Source of the DNA: Centroscyllium fabricii
Taxonomy: Eukaryota
NCBI GenBank assembly: GCA_051313645.2
Contig: JBNRSN020000005.1
Span: 320,850,001-320,914,000 of the forward strand
Length of the DNA stretch: 64,000 nucleotides
Reading direction: 5' to 3'
The stretch's first letter is position 1; each line of letters begins with the position of its first letter. Positions 1 to 13,800 of the stretch are shown piece after piece. Position numbers and translations under genes: made by a program. The notes beneath the pieces were generated by a model. That model worked only from the letters and a program-made list of their open reading frames with translations, made no database searches and was not told the DNA's origin.

Positions 1-39
1 GTGGGGAATGGAGCTGTGAGCTCTGTGGGGTATGGAGCT

Positions 40-3000
40 GTGAGCTCTGTGGGGAATGGAGCTGTGAGCTCTGTGGGGAATGGAGCTGTGAGCTCTGTGG
101 GGAATGGAGCTGTGAACTCTGTGGGGAATGGAGCTGTGAACTCTGTGGGGAATGGAGCTGTGAGCTCTGTGGGGAATGGAGCTGTGAGCTCTGTGGGGAA
201 TGGAGCTGTGAGCTCTGTGGGGAATGGAGCTGTGAACTCTGTGGGGAATGGAGCTGTGAGCTCTGTGGGGAATGGAGCTGTGAGCTCTGTGGGCAATGGA
301 GCTGTGAGCTCTGTGGGGAATGGAGCTGTGAGCTCTGTGGGGAAGGGAGCTGTGAGCTCTGTGGGGAATGGAGCTGTGAGCTCTGTGGGGAATGGAGCTG
401 TGAGCTCTGTGGGGAATGGAGCTGTGAGCTCTGTGGGGAATGGAGCTGTGAGCTCTGTGGGGAATGGAGCTGTGAGCTCAGTGGGGAATGGAGCTGTGAG
501 CTCTGTGGGGAATGGAGCTGTGAGCTCTGTGGGGAATGTAGCTGTGAACTCTGTGGGGAATGTAGCTGTGAGCTCTGTGGGGAATGTAGCTGTGAGCTCT
601 GTGGGGAATGGAGCTGTGAGCTCTGTGGGGAATGGAGCTGTGAGCTCTGTGGGGAATGGAGCATGAGCTCTGTGGGGAATGGAGCTGGGAGCTCTGTGGG
701 GAATGGAGCTGGGAGCTCTGTGGGGAATGGAGCTGTGAGCTCTGTGGGGAATGTAGCTGTGAACTCTGTGGGGAATGTAGCTGTGAGCTCTGTGGGGAAT
801 GTAGCTGTGAGCTCTGTGGGGAATGGAGCTGTGAGCTCTGTGGGGAATGGAGCTGTGAGCTCTGTGGGGAATGGAGAATGAGCTCTGTGGGGAATGGAGC
901 TGGGAGCTCTGTGGGGAATGGAGCTGGGAGCTCTGTGGGGAATTGAGCTGGGAGCTCTGTGGGGAATGGAGCTGTGAGCTCTGTGGGGAATGGAGCTGTG
1001 AGCTCTGTGGGGAATGGAGCTGTGAGCTCTGTGGGGAATGGAGCTGTGAGCTCTGCGGGGAATGGAGCTGTGAACTCTGTGGGGATTGGAGCTGTGAGCT
1101 CTGTGGGGAATGGAGCTGTGAGCTCTGTGGGGAATGGAGCTGTGAGCTCTGTGGGGAACGGAGCTGTGAGCTCTGTGGGGAACGGAGCTGTGAGCTCTGT
1201 GGGGAACGGAGCTGTGAGCTCTGTGGGGAACGGAGCTGTGAGCTCTGTGGGGAACGGAGCTGTGAGCTCTGTGGGGAACGGAGCTGGGAGCTCTGTGGGC
1301 CACGGAGCTGGGAGCTCTGTGGGGAACGGAGCTGGGAGCTCTGTGGGGAACGGAGCTGTGAGCTCTGTGGGGAATGGAGCTGTGAGCTCTGTGGGGAATG
1401 GAGCTGTGAGCTCTCTGGGGAATGGAGCTGGGAGCTCTGTGGTGAATGGAGTTGTGAGCTCTGTGGGGAATGGAGCTGTGAGCTCTGTGGGGAATGGAGC
1501 TGTGAGCTCTGTGGGGAATGGAGCTGTGAGCTCTGTGGGGAATGGAGCTGTGAGCTCTGTGGGGAATGGAGCTGTGAGCTCTGTGGGGAATGGAGCTGTG
1601 AGCTCTGTGGGGAATGGAGCTGTGAGCTCTGTGGGGAATGGAGCTGTGAGCTCTGTGGGGAATGGAGCTGTGAACTCTGTGGGGAATGGAGCTGTGAACT
1701 CTGTGGGGAATGGAGCTGTGAGCTCTGTGGGGAATGGAGCTGTGAGCTCTGTGGGGAATGGAGCTGTGAGCTCTGTGGGGAATGGAGCTGTGAACTCTGT
1801 GGGGAATGGAGCTGTGAGCTCTGTGGGGAATGGAGCTGTGAGCTCTGTGGGGAATGGAGCTGTGAGCTCTGTGGGGAAGGGAGCTGTGAGCTCTGTGGGG
1901 AATGGAGCTGTGAGCTCTGTGGGGAATGGAGCTGTGAGCTCTGTGGGGAATGGAGCTGTGAGCTCTGTGGGGAATGGAGCTGTGAGCTCTGTGGGGAATG
2001 GAGCTGTGAGCTCAGTGGGGAATGGAGCTGTGAGCTCTGTGGGGAATGTAGCTGTGATCTCTGTGGGGAATGTAGCTGTGAGCTCTGTGGGGAATGTAGC
2101 TGTGAGCTCTGTGGGGAATGGAGCTGTGAGCTCTGTGGGGAATGGAGCTGTGAGCTCTGTGGGGAATGGAGCATGAGCTCTGTGGGGAATGGAGCTGGGA
2201 GCTCTGTGGGGAATTGAGCTGGGAGCTCTGTGGGGAATGGAGCTGTGAGCTCTGTGGGGAATGGAGCTGTGAGCTCTGTGGGGAATGGAGCTGTGAGCTC
2301 TGTGGGGAATGGAGCTGTGAGCTCTGTGGGGAATGGAGCTGTGAGCTCTGTGGGGAATGGAGCTGTGAGCTCTGTGGGGAATGTAGCTGTGAGCTCTGTG
2401 GGGAATGGAGCTGTGAGCTCTGTGGGGAATGGAGCTGTGAGCTCTGTGGGGAATGGAGCTGTGAGCTCTGTGGGGAATGGAGCTGTGAGCTCTGTGGGGA
2501 ATGGAGCTGTGAGCTCTGTGGGGAATGGAGCTGTGAGCTCTGTGGGCAATGGAGCTGTGAGCTCTGTGGGCAATGGAGCTGTGAGCGCTGTGGGCAATGA
2601 AGCTGTGAGCTCTGTGGGCAATGGAGCTGTGAGCTCTGTGGGCAATGGAGCTGTGAGCTCTGTGGGGAATGGAGCTGGGTGCTCTGTGGGGAATGGAGCT
2701 GTGAGCTCTGTGGGGAATGGAGCTGTGAGCTCTGTGGGCAATGGAGCTGTGAGCTCTGTGGGCAATGGAGCTGTGAGCTCTGTGGGGAATGGAGCTGTGA
2801 GCTCTGTGGGGAATGGAGCTGTGAGCTCTGAGGGGAATGGAGCTGTGAGCTCTGTGGGCAATGGAGCTGTGAGCTCTGTGGAGAATGGAGCTGTGAACTC
2901 TGTGGGGAATGGAGCTGTGAGCTCTGTGGGGAATGGAGCTGTGAGCTCTGTGGGGAATGGAGCTGTGAGCTCTGTGTGGAATGGAGCTGTGAGCTCTGTG

Positions 3001-6000
3001 GGCAAAGGAGCTGTGAGCTCTGTGGGGAACGGAGCTGTGAGCTCTGTGGGGAATGGAGCTGTGAGCTCTGTGGGGAATGGAGCTGTGAGCTCTCTGGGGA
3101 ATGGAGCTGGGAGCTCTGTGGTGAATGGAGCTGTGAGCTCTGTGGGGAATGGAGCTGTGAGCTCTGTGGGGAATGGAGCTGTGAGCTCTGTGGGGAATGG
3201 AGCATGAGCTCTGTGGGGAATGGAGCTGAGAGCTCTGTGGGGAATTGAGCTGGGAGCTCTGTGGGGAATGGAGCTGTGAGCTCTGTGGGGAATGGAGCTG
3301 TGAGCTCTGTGGGGAATGGAGCTGTGAGCTCTGTGGGGAATGGAGCTGTGAGCTCTGTGGGGAATGGAGCTGTGAGCTCTGTGGGGAATGGAGCTGTGAG
3401 CTCTGTGGGGAATGTAGCTGTGAGCTCTGTGGGGAATGGAGCTGTGAGCTCTGTGGGGAATGGAGCTGTGAGCTCTGTGGGGAATGGAGCTGTGAGCTCT
3501 GTGGGGAATGGAGCTGTGAGCTCTGTGGGGAATGGAGCTGTGAGCTCTGTGGGGAATGGAGCTGTGAGCTCTGTGGGCAATGGAGCTGTGAGCTCTGTGG
3601 GCAATGGAGCTGTGAGCGCTGTGGGCAATGAAGCTGTGAGCTCTGTGGGCAATGGAGCTGTGAGCTCTGTGGGCAATGGAGCTGTGAGCTCTGTGGGGAA
3701 TGGAGCTGGGAGCTCTGTGGGGAATGGAGCTGTGAGCTCTGTGGGGAATGGAGCTGTGAGCTCTGTGGGCAATGGAGCTGTGAGCTCTGTGGGCAATGGA
3801 GCTGTGAGCTCTGTGGGGAATGGAGCTGTGAGCTCTGTGGGGAATGGAGCTGTGAGCTCTGAGGGGAATGGAGCTGTGAGCTCTGTGGGCAATGGAGCTG
3901 TGAGCTCTGTGGGGAATGGAGCTGTGAACTCTGTGGGGAATGGAGCTGTGAGCTCTGTGGGGAATGGAGCTGTGAGCTCTGTGGGGAATGGAGCTGTGAA
4001 CTCTGTGGGGAATGGAGCTGTGAACTCTGTGGGGAATGGAGCTGTGAGCTCTGTGGGGAATGGAGCTGTGAGCTCTGTGGGGAATGGAGCTGTGAGCTCT
4101 GTGGGGAATGGAGCTGTGAACTCTGTGGGGAATGGAGCTGTGAGCTCTGTGGGGAATGGAGCTGTGAGCTCTGTGGGCAATGGAGCTGTGAGCTCTGTGG
4201 GGAATGGAGCTGTGAGCTCTGTGGGGAAGGGAGCTGTGAGCTCTGTGGGGAATGGAGCTGTGAGCTCTGTGGGGAATGGAGCTGTGAGCTCTGTGGGGAA
4301 TGGAGCTGTGAGCTCTGTGGGGAATGGAGCTGTGAGCTCTGTGGGGAATGGAGCTGTGAGCTCAGTGGGGAATGGAGCTGTGAGCTCTGTGGGGAATGGA
4401 GCTGTGAGCTCTGTGGGGAATGTAGCTGTGAACTCTGTGGGGAATGTAGCTGTGAGCTCTGTGGGGAATGTAGCTGTGAGCTCTGTGGGGAATGGAGCTG
4501 TGAGCTCTGTGGGGAATGGAGCTGTGAGCTCTGTGGGGAATGGAGCATGAGCTCTGTGGGGAATGGAGCTGGGAGCTCTGTGGGGAATGGAGCTGGGAGC
4601 TCTGTGGGGAATGGAGCTGTGAGCTCTGTGGGGAATGTAGCTGTGAACTCTGTGGGGAATGTAGCTGTGAGCTCTGTGGGGAATGTAGCTGTGAGCTCTG
4701 TGGGGAATGGAGCTGTGAGCTCTGTGGGGAATGGAGCTGTGAGCTCTGTGGGGAATGGAGAATGAGCTCTGTGGGGAATGGAGCTGGGAGCTCTGTGGGG
4801 AATGGAGCTGGGAGCTCTGTGGGGAATTGAGCTGGGAGCTCTGTGGGGAATGGAGCTGTGAGCTCTGTGGGGAATGGAGCTGTGAGCTCTGTGGGGAATG
4901 GAGCTGTGAGCTCTGTGGGGAATGGAGCTGTGAGCTCTGTGGGGAATGGAGCTGTGAACTCTGTGGGGATTGGAGCTGTGAGCTCTGTGGGGAATGGAGC
5001 TGTGAGCTCTGTGGGGAATGGAGCTGTGAGCTCTGTGGGGAACGGAGCTGTGAGCTCTGTGGGGAACGGAGCTGTGAGCTCTGTGGGGAACGGAGCTGTG
5101 AGCTCTGTGGGGAACGGAGCTGTGAGCTCTGTGGGGAACGGAGCTGTGAGCTCTGTGGGGAACGGAGCTGGGAGCTCTGTGGGGAACGGAGCTGGGAGCT
5201 CTGTGGGGAACGGAGCTGGGAGCTCTGTGGGGAATGGAGCTGGGAGCTCTGTGGGGAATGGAGCTGTGAGCTCTGTGGGGAATGGAGCTGTGAGCTCTCT
5301 GGGGAATGGAGCTGGGAGCTCTGTGGTGAATGGAGTTGTGAGCTCTGTGGGGAATGGAGCTGTGAGCTCTGTGGGGAATGGAGCTGTGAGCTCTGTGGGG
5401 AATGGAGCTGTGAGCTCTGTGGGGAATGGAGCTGTGAGCTCTGTGGGGAATGGAGCTGTGAGCTCTGTGGGGAATGGAGCTGTGAGCTCTGTGGGGAATG
5501 GAGCTTTGAGCTCTGTGGGGAATGGAGCTGTGAGCTCTGTGGGGAATGGAGCTGTGAACTCTGTGGGGAATGGAGCTGTGAACTCTGTGGGGAATGGAGC
5601 TGTGAGCTCTGTGGGGAATGGAGCTGTGAGCTCTGTGGGGAATGGAGCTGTGAGCTCTGTGGGGAATGGAGCTGTGAACTCTGTGGGGAATGGAGCTGTG
5701 AGCTCTGTGGGGAATGGAGCTGTGAGCTCTGTGGGGAATGGAGCTGTGAGCTCTGTGGGGAAGGGAGCTGTGAGCTCTGTGGGGAATGGAGCTGTGAGCT
5801 CTGTGGGGAATGGAGCTGTGAGCTCTGTGGGGAATGGAGCTGTGAGCTCTGTGGGGAATGGAGCTGTGAGCTCTGTGGGGAATGGAGCTGTGAGCTCAGT
5901 GGGGAATGGAGCTGTGAGCTCTGTGGGGAATGTAGCTGTGATCTCTGTGGGGAATGTAGCTGTGAGCTCTGTGGGGAATGTAGCTGTGAGCTCTGTGGGG

Positions 6001-7850
6001 AATGGAGCTGTGAGCTCTGTGGGGAATGGAGCTGTGAGCTCTTTGGGGAATGGAGCATGAGCTCTGTGGGGAATGGAGCTGGGAGCTCTGTGGGGAATTG
6101 AGCTGGGAGCTCTGTGGGGAATGGAGCTGTGAGCTCTGTGGGGAATGGAGCTGTGAGCTCTGTGGGGAATGGAGCTGTGAGCTCTGTGGGGAATGGAGCT
6201 GTGAGCTCTGTGGGGAATGGAGCTGTGAGCTCTGTGGGGAATGGAGCTGTGAGCTCTGTGGGGAATGTAGCTGTGAGCTCTGTGGGGAATGGAGCTGTGA
6301 GCTCTGTGGGGAATGGAGCTGTGAGCTCTGTGGGGAATGGAGCTGTGAGCTCTGTGGGGAATGGAGCTGTGAGCTCTGTGGGGAATGGAGCTGTGAGCTC
6401 TGTGGGGAATGGAGCTGTGAGCTCTGTGGGCAATGGAGCTGTGAGCTCTGTGGGCAATGGAGCTGTGAGCGCTGTGGGCAATGAAGCTGTGAGCTCTGTG
6501 GGCAATGGAGCTGAGAGCTCTGTGGGCAATGGAGCTGTGAGCTCTGTGGGGAATGGAGCTGGGTGCTCTGTGGGGAATGGAGCTGTGAGCTCTGTGGGGA
6601 ATGGAGCTGTGAGCTCTGTGGGCAATGGAGCTGTGAGCTCTGTGGGCAATGGAGCTGTGAGCTCTGTGGGGAATGGAGCTGTGAGCTCTGTGGGGAATGG
6701 AGCTGTGAGCTCTGAGGGGAATGGAGCTGTGAGCTCTGTGGGCAATGGAGCTGTGAGCTCTGTGGAGAATGGAGCTGTGAACTCTGTGGGGAATGGAGCT
6801 GTGAGCTCTGTGGGGAATGGAGCTGTGAGCTCTGTGGGGAATGGAGCTGTGAGCTCTGTGTGGAATGGAGCTGTGAGCTCTGTGGGCAAAGGAGCTGTGA
6901 GCTCTGTGGGGAACGGAGCTGTGAGCTCTGTGGGGAATGGAGCTGTGAGCTCTGTGGGGAATGGAGCTGTGAGCTCTCTGGGGAATGGAGCTGGGAGCTC
7001 TGTGGTGAATGGAGCTGTGAGCTCTGTGGGGAATGGAGCTGTGAGCTCTGTGGGGAATGGAGCTGTGAGCTCTGTGGGGAATGGAGCATGAGCTCTGTGG
7101 GGAATGGAGCTGAGAGCTCTGTGGGGAATTGAGCTGGGAGCTCTGTGGGGAATGGAGCTGTGAGCTCTGTGGGGAATGGAGCTGTGAGCTCTGTGGGGAA
7201 TGGAGCTGTGAGCTCTGTGGGGAATGGAGCTGTGAGCTCTGTGGGGAATGGAGCTGTGAGCTCTGTGGGGAATGGAGCTGTGAGCTCTGTGGGGAATGTA
7301 GCTGTGAGCTCTGTGGGGAATGGAGCTGTGAGCTCTGTGGGGAATGGAGCTGTGAGCTCTGTGGGGAATGGAGCTGTGAGCTCTGTGGGGAATGGAGCTG
7401 TGAGCTCTGTGGGGAATGGAGCTGTGAGCTCTGTGGGGAATGGAGCTGTGAGCTCTGTGGGCAATGGAGCTGTGAGCTCTGTGGGCAATGGAGCTGTGAG
7501 CGCTGTGGGCAATGAAGCTGTGAGCTCTGTGGGCAATGGAGCTGTGAGCTCTGTGGGCAATGGAGCTGTGAGCTCTGTGGGGAATGGAGCTGGGAGCTCT
7601 GTGGGGAATGGAGCTGTGAGCTCTGTGGGGAATGGAGCTGTGAGCTCTGTGGGCAATGGAGCTGTGAGCTCTGTGGGCAATGGAGCTATGAGCTCTGTGG
7701 GGAATGGAGCTGTGAGCTCTGTGGGGAATGGAGCTGTGAGCTCTGAGGGGAATGGAGCTGTGAGCTCTGTGGGCAATGGAGCTGTGAGCTCTGTGGGGAA
7801 TGGAGCTGTGAACTCTGTGGGGAATGGAGCTGTGAGCTCTGTGGGGAATG
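40..7850. repeat. Higher-order repeat, two tandem copies of a 3,884-bp block
   Basis: Variant landmarks recur at +3884 (656/4540, 871/4755, 2166/6050, 3245/7129). Boundaries are approximate. Confidence 0.9.
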
Positions 7851-10800
7851 GAGCTGTGAGCTCTGCGGGGAATGGAGCTGTGAGCTCTGTGGGCAACGGA
7901 GATGTGAGCTCTGTGGGGAACGGAGCTGTGAGCTCTGTGGGGAATGGAGCTGTGAGCTCTGTGGGGAATGGAGCTGTGAGCTCTCTGGGGAATGGAGCTG
8001 GGAGCTCTGTGGTGAATGGAGTTGTGAGCTCTGTGGGGAATGGAGCTGTGAGCTCTGTGGGCAATGGAGCTGTGAGCTCTGTGGGGAATGGAGCTGTGAG
8101 CTCTGTGGGGAATGGAGCTGTGAGCTCTGTGGGGAATGGAGCTGTGAGCTCTGTGGGGAATGGAGCTGTGAGCTCTGTGGGGAATGGAGCTGTGAGCTCT
8201 GTGGGGAATGGAGCTGTGAGCTCTGTGGGGAATGGAGCTGTGAACTCTGTGGGGAATGGAGCTGTGAGCTCTGTGGGGAACGGAGCTGTGAGCTCTGTGG
8301 GGAACGGAGCTGTGAGCTCTGTGGGGAACGGAGCTGTGAGCTCTGTGGGGAACGGAGCTGGGAGCTCTGTGGGGAACGGAGCTGGGAGCTCTGTGGGGAA
8401 TGGAGCTGTGAGCTCTGTGGGGAATGGAGCTGTGAGCTCTCTGGGGAATGGAGCTGGGAGCTCTGTGGTGAATGGAGTTGTGAGCTCTGTGGGGAATGGA
8501 GCTGTGAGCTCTGTGGGGAATGGAGCTGTGAGCTCTGTGGGGAATGGAGCTGTGAGCTCTGTGGGGAATGGAGCTGTGAGCTCTGTGGGGAATGGAGCTG
8601 TGAGCTCTGTGGGGAATGGAGCTGTGAGCTCTGTGGGGAATGGAGCTGTGAGCTCTGTGGGGAATGGAGCTGTGAGCTCTGTGGGGAATGGAGCTGTGAA
8701 CTCTGTGGGGAATGGAGCTGTGAACTCTGTGGGGAATGGAGCTGTGAGCTCTGTGGGGAATGGAGCTGTGAGCTCTGTGGGGAATGGAGCTGTGAGCTCT
8801 GTGGGGAATGGAGCTGTGAGCTCAGTGGGGAATGGAGCTGTGAGCTCTGTGGGGAATGGAGCTGTGAGCTCTGTGGGGAATGTAGCTGTGAACTCTGTGG
8901 GGAATGTAGCTGTGAGCTCTGTGGGGAATGTAGCTGTGAGCTCTGTGGGGAATGGAGCTGTGAGCTCTGTGGGGAATGGAGCTGTGAGCTCTGTGGGGAA
9001 TGGAGCATGAGCTCTGTGGGGAATGGAGCTGGGAGCTCTGTGGGGAATGGAGCTGGGAGCTCTGTGGGGAATGGAGCTGTGAGCTCTGTGGGGAATGGAG
9101 CTGTGAGCTCTGTGGGGAATGGAGCTGTGAGCTCTGTGGGGAATGGAGCTGTGAGCTCTGTGGGGAATGGAGCTGTGAGCTCTGTGGGGAATGTAGCTGT
9201 GAGTTCTGTGGGGAATGGAGCTGTGAGCTCTGTGGGGAATGGAGCTGTGAGCTCTGTGGGGAATGGAGCTGTGAGCTCTGTGGGGAATGGAGCTGTGAGC
9301 TCTGTGGGGAATGGAGCTGTGAGCTCTGTGGGGAATGGAGCTGTGAGCTCTGTGGGGAATGGAGCTGTGAGCTCTGTGGGCAATGGAGCTGTGAGCTCTG
9401 TGGGCAATGGAGCTGTGAGCGCTGTGGGCAATGAAGCTGTGAGCTCTGTGGGCAATGGAGCTGTGAGCTCTGTGGGCAATGGAGCTGTGAGCTCTGTGGG
9501 GAATGGATCTGGGAGCTCTGTGGGGAATGGAGCTGTGAGCTCTGTGGGGAATGGAGCTGTGAGCTCTGTGGGCAATGGAGCTGTGAGCTCTGTGGGGAAT
9601 GGAGCTGTGAGCTCTGTGGGGAATGGAGCTGTGAGCTCTGAGGGGAATGGAGCTGTGAGCTCTGTGGGCAATGGAGCTGGGAGCTCTGTGGGGAATGGAG
9701 CTGTGAGCTCTGTGGGGAATGGAGCTGTGAGCTCTGTGGGGAATGGAGCTGTGAGCTCTGTGGGGAATGGAGCTGTGAGCTCTGTGGGGAATGGAGCTGT
9801 GAGCTCTGTGGGGAATGGAGCTGTGAGCTCTGTGGGGAATGTAGCTGTGAGTTCTGTGGGGAATGGAGCTGTGACCTCTGTGGGGAATGGAGCTGTGAGC
9901 TCTGTGGGGAATGGAGCTGTGAGCTCTGTGGGGAATGGAGCTGTGAGCTCTGTGGGGAATGGAGCTGTGAGCTCTGTGGGGAATGGAGCTGTGAGCTCTG
10001 TGGGGAATGGAGCTGTGAGCTCTGTGGGCAATGGAGCTGTGAGCTCTGTGGGCAATGGAGCTGTGAGCGCTGTGGGCAATGAAGCTGTGAGCTCTGTGGG
10101 CAATGGAGCTGTGAGCTCTGTGGGCAATGGAGCTGTGAGCTCTGTGGGCAATGGAGCTGGGAGCTCTGTGGGGAATGGAGTTGTGAGCTCTGTGGGGAAT
10201 GGAGCTGTGAGCTCTGTGGGCAATGGAGCTGTGAGCTCTGTGGGGAGTGGAGCTGTGAGCTCTGTGGGGAATGGAGCTGTGAGCTCTGAGGGGAATGGAG
10301 CTGTGAGCTCTGTGGGCAATGGAGCTGTGAGCTCTGTGGGGAATGGAGCTGTGAACTCTGTGGGGAATGGAGCTGTGAACTCTGTGGGGAATGGAGCTGT
10401 GAGCTCTGTGGGGAATGGAGCTGTGAGCTCTGTGGGGAATGGAGCTGTGAGCTCTGTGGGGAACGGAGCTGTGAGCTCTGTGGGCAACGGAGCTGTGAGC
10501 TCTGTGGGCAATGGAGCTGTGAGCTCTGTGGGGAATGGAGCTGTGAGCTCTGTGGGGAATGGAGCTGTGAGTTCTGTGTGTAATGGAGCTGTGAGCTCTG
10601 TGGGGAATGGAGCTGTGAGCTCTGTGGGGAATGGAGCTGTGAGCTCTGTGGGGAATGGAGCTGTGAGCTCTGTGTGGAATGGAGCTGTGAGCTCTGTGGG
10701 GAACGGAGCTGTGAACTCTGTGGGGAATGGAGTTATGAGCTCTGTGGGGAATGGAGCTGTGAGCTCTGTGGGGAATGGAGCTGTGAGCTCTGTGGGGAAT

Positions 10801-13800
10801 GAAGCTGTGAACTCTGTGGGGAATGGAGCTGTGAGCTCTGTGGGGAATGGAGCTGTGAGCTCTGTGGGCAATGGAGCTGTGAGCTCTGTGGGGAATGGAG
10901 CTGTGAGCTCTGTGGGGAAGGGAGCTATGCGCTCTGTGGGGAATGGAGCTGTGAGCTCTGTGGGGAAGGGAGCTGTGAGCTCTGTGGGGAATGGAGCTGT
11001 GAGCTCTGTGGGGAATGGAGCTGTGAGCTCTGTGGGGAATGGAGCTGTGAGCTCTGTGGGGAATGTAGCTGTGAACTCTGTGGGGAATGTAGCTGTGAGC
11101 TCTGTGGGGAAAGTAGCTGTGAGCTCTGTGGGGAATGGAGCTGTGAGCTCTGTGGGGAATGTAGCTGTGAGCTCTGTGGGGAATGGAGCTGTGAGCTCTG
11201 TGGGGAATGGAGCTGGGAGCTCTGTGGGGAATGGAGCTGGGAGCTCTGTGTGGAATTGAGCTGGGAGCTCTGTGGGGAATGGAGCTGTGAGCTCTGTGGG
11301 GAATGGAGCTGTGAGCTCTGTGGGGAATGGAGCTGTGAGCTCTGTGGGGAATGGAGCTGTGAGCTCTGTGGTGAATGGAGTTGTGAGCTCTGTGGGGAAT
11401 GGAGCTGTGAGCTCTGTGGGGAATGGAGCTGTGAGCTCTGTGGGCAATGGAGCTGTGAGCTCTGTGGGGAATGGAGCTGTGAACTCTGTGGGGAATGGAG
11501 CTGTGAACTCTGTGGGGAATGGAGCTGTGAGCTCTGTGGGGAATGGAGCTGTGAGCTCTGTGGGGAATGGAGCTGTGAGCTCTGTGGGGAACGGAGCTGT
11601 GAGCTCTGTGGGCAACGGAGCTGTGAGCTCTGTGGGCAATGGAGCTGTGAGCTCTGTGGGGAATGGAGCTGTGAGCTCTGTGGGGAATGGAGCTGTGAGT
11701 TCTGTGTGTAATGGAGCTGTGAGCTCTGTGGGGAATGGAGCTGTGAGCTCTGTGGGGAATGGAGCTGTGAGCTCTGTGGGGAATGGAGCTGTGAGCTCTG
11801 TGTGGAATGGAGCTGTGAGCTCTGTGGGGAACGGAGCTGTGAACTCTGTGGGGAATGGAGTTATGAGCTCTGTGGGGAATGGAGCTGTGAGCTCTGTGGG
11901 GAATGGAGCTGTGAGCTCTGTGGGGAATGAAGCTGTGAACTCTGTGGGGAATGGAGCTGTGAGCTCTGTGGGGAATGGAGCTGTGAGCTCTGTGGGCAAT
12001 GGAGCTGTGAGCTCTGTGGGGAATGGAGCTGTGAGCTCTGTGGGGAAGGGAGCTATGCGCTCTGTGGGGAATGGAGCTGTGAGCTCTGTGGGGAAGGGAG
12101 CTGTGAGCTCTGTGGGGAATGGAGCTGTGAGCTCTGTGGGGAATGGAGCTGTGAGCTCTGTGGGGAATGGAGCTGTGAGCTCTGTGGGGAATGTAGCTGT
12201 GAACTCTGTGGGGAATGTAGCTGTGAGCTCTGTGGGGAAAGTAGCTGTGAGCTCTGTGGGGAATGGAGCTGTGAGCTCTGTGGGGAATGTAGCTGTGAGC
12301 TCTGTGGGGAATGGAGCTGTGAGCTCTGTGGGGAATGGAGCTGGGAGCTCTGTGGGGAATGGAGCTGGGAGCTCTGTGTGGAATTGAGCTGGGAGCTCTG
12401 TGGGGAATGGAGCTGTGAGCTCTGTGGGGAATGGAGCTGTGAGCTCTGTGGGGAATGGAGCTGTGAGCTCTGTGGGGAATGGAGCTGTGAGCTCTGTGGT
12501 GAATGGAGTTGTGAGCTCTGTGGGGAATGGAGCTGTGAGCTCTGTGGGGAATGGAGCTGTGAGCTCTGTGGGGAATGGAGCTGTGAGCTCTGTGGGGAAT
12601 GGAGCTGTGAGCTCTGTGGGGAATGGAGCTGTGAGCTCTGTGGGGAATGGAGCTGTGAGCTCTGTGGGGAACGGAGCTGTGAGCTCTGTGGGGAACGGAG
12701 CTGTGAGCTCTGTGGGGAACGGAGCTGGGAGCTCTGTGGGGAACGGAGCTGGGAGCTCTGTGGGGAATGGAGCTGTGAGCTCTCTGGGGAATGGAGCTGT
12801 GAGCTCTCTGGGGAATGGAGCTGTGAGCTCTCTGGGGAATGGAGCTGGGAGCTCTGTGGTGAATGGAGTTGTGAGCTCTGTGGGGAATGGAGCTGTGAGC
12901 TCTGTGGGGAATGGAGCTGTGAGCTCTGTGGGGAATGGAGCTGTGAGCTCTGTGGGGAATGGAGCTGTGAGCTCTGTGGGGAATGGAGCTGTGAGCTCTG
13001 TGGGGAATGGAGCTGTGAGCTCTGTGGGGAATGGAGCTGTGAGCTCTGTGGGGAATGGAGCTGGGAGCTCTGTGGGGAATGGAGCTGTGAGCTCTGTGGG
13101 GAATGGAGCTGTGAGCTCTGTGGGCAATGGAGCTGTGAGCTCTGTGGGGAATGGAGCTGTGAGCTCTGTGGGGAATGGAGCTGTGAGCTCTGAGGGGAAT
13201 GGAGCTGTGAGCTCTGTGGGCAATGGAGCTGTGAGCTCTGTGGGGAATGGAGCTGTGAACTCTGTGGGGAATGGAGCTGTGAACTCTGTGGGGAATGGAG
13301 CTGTGAGCTCTGTGGGGAATGGAGCTGTGAGCTCTGTGGGGAATGGAGCTGTGAGCTCTGTGGGGAACGGAGCTGTGAGCTCTGTGGGCAACGGAGCTGT
13401 GAGCTCTGTGGGCAATGGAGCTGTGAGCTCTGTGGGGAATGGAGCTGTGAGCTCTGTGGGGAATGGAGCTGTGAGTTCTGTGTGTAATGGAGCTGTGAGC
13501 TCTGTGGGGAATGGAGCTGTGAGCTCTGTGGGGAATGGAGCTGTGAGCTCTGTGGGGAATGGAGCTGTGAGCTCTGCGTGGAATGGAGCTGTGAGCTCTG
13601 TGGGAACGGAGCTGTGAACTCTGTGGGGAATGGAGTTATGAGCTCTGTGGGGAATGGAGCTGTGAGCTCTGTGGGGAATGGAGCTGTGAGCTCTGTGGGG
13701 AATGAAGCTGTGAACTCTGTGGGGAATGGAGCTGTGAGCTCTGTGGGGAATGGAGCTGTGAGCTCTGTGGGCAATGGAGCTGTGAGCTCTGTGGGGAATG

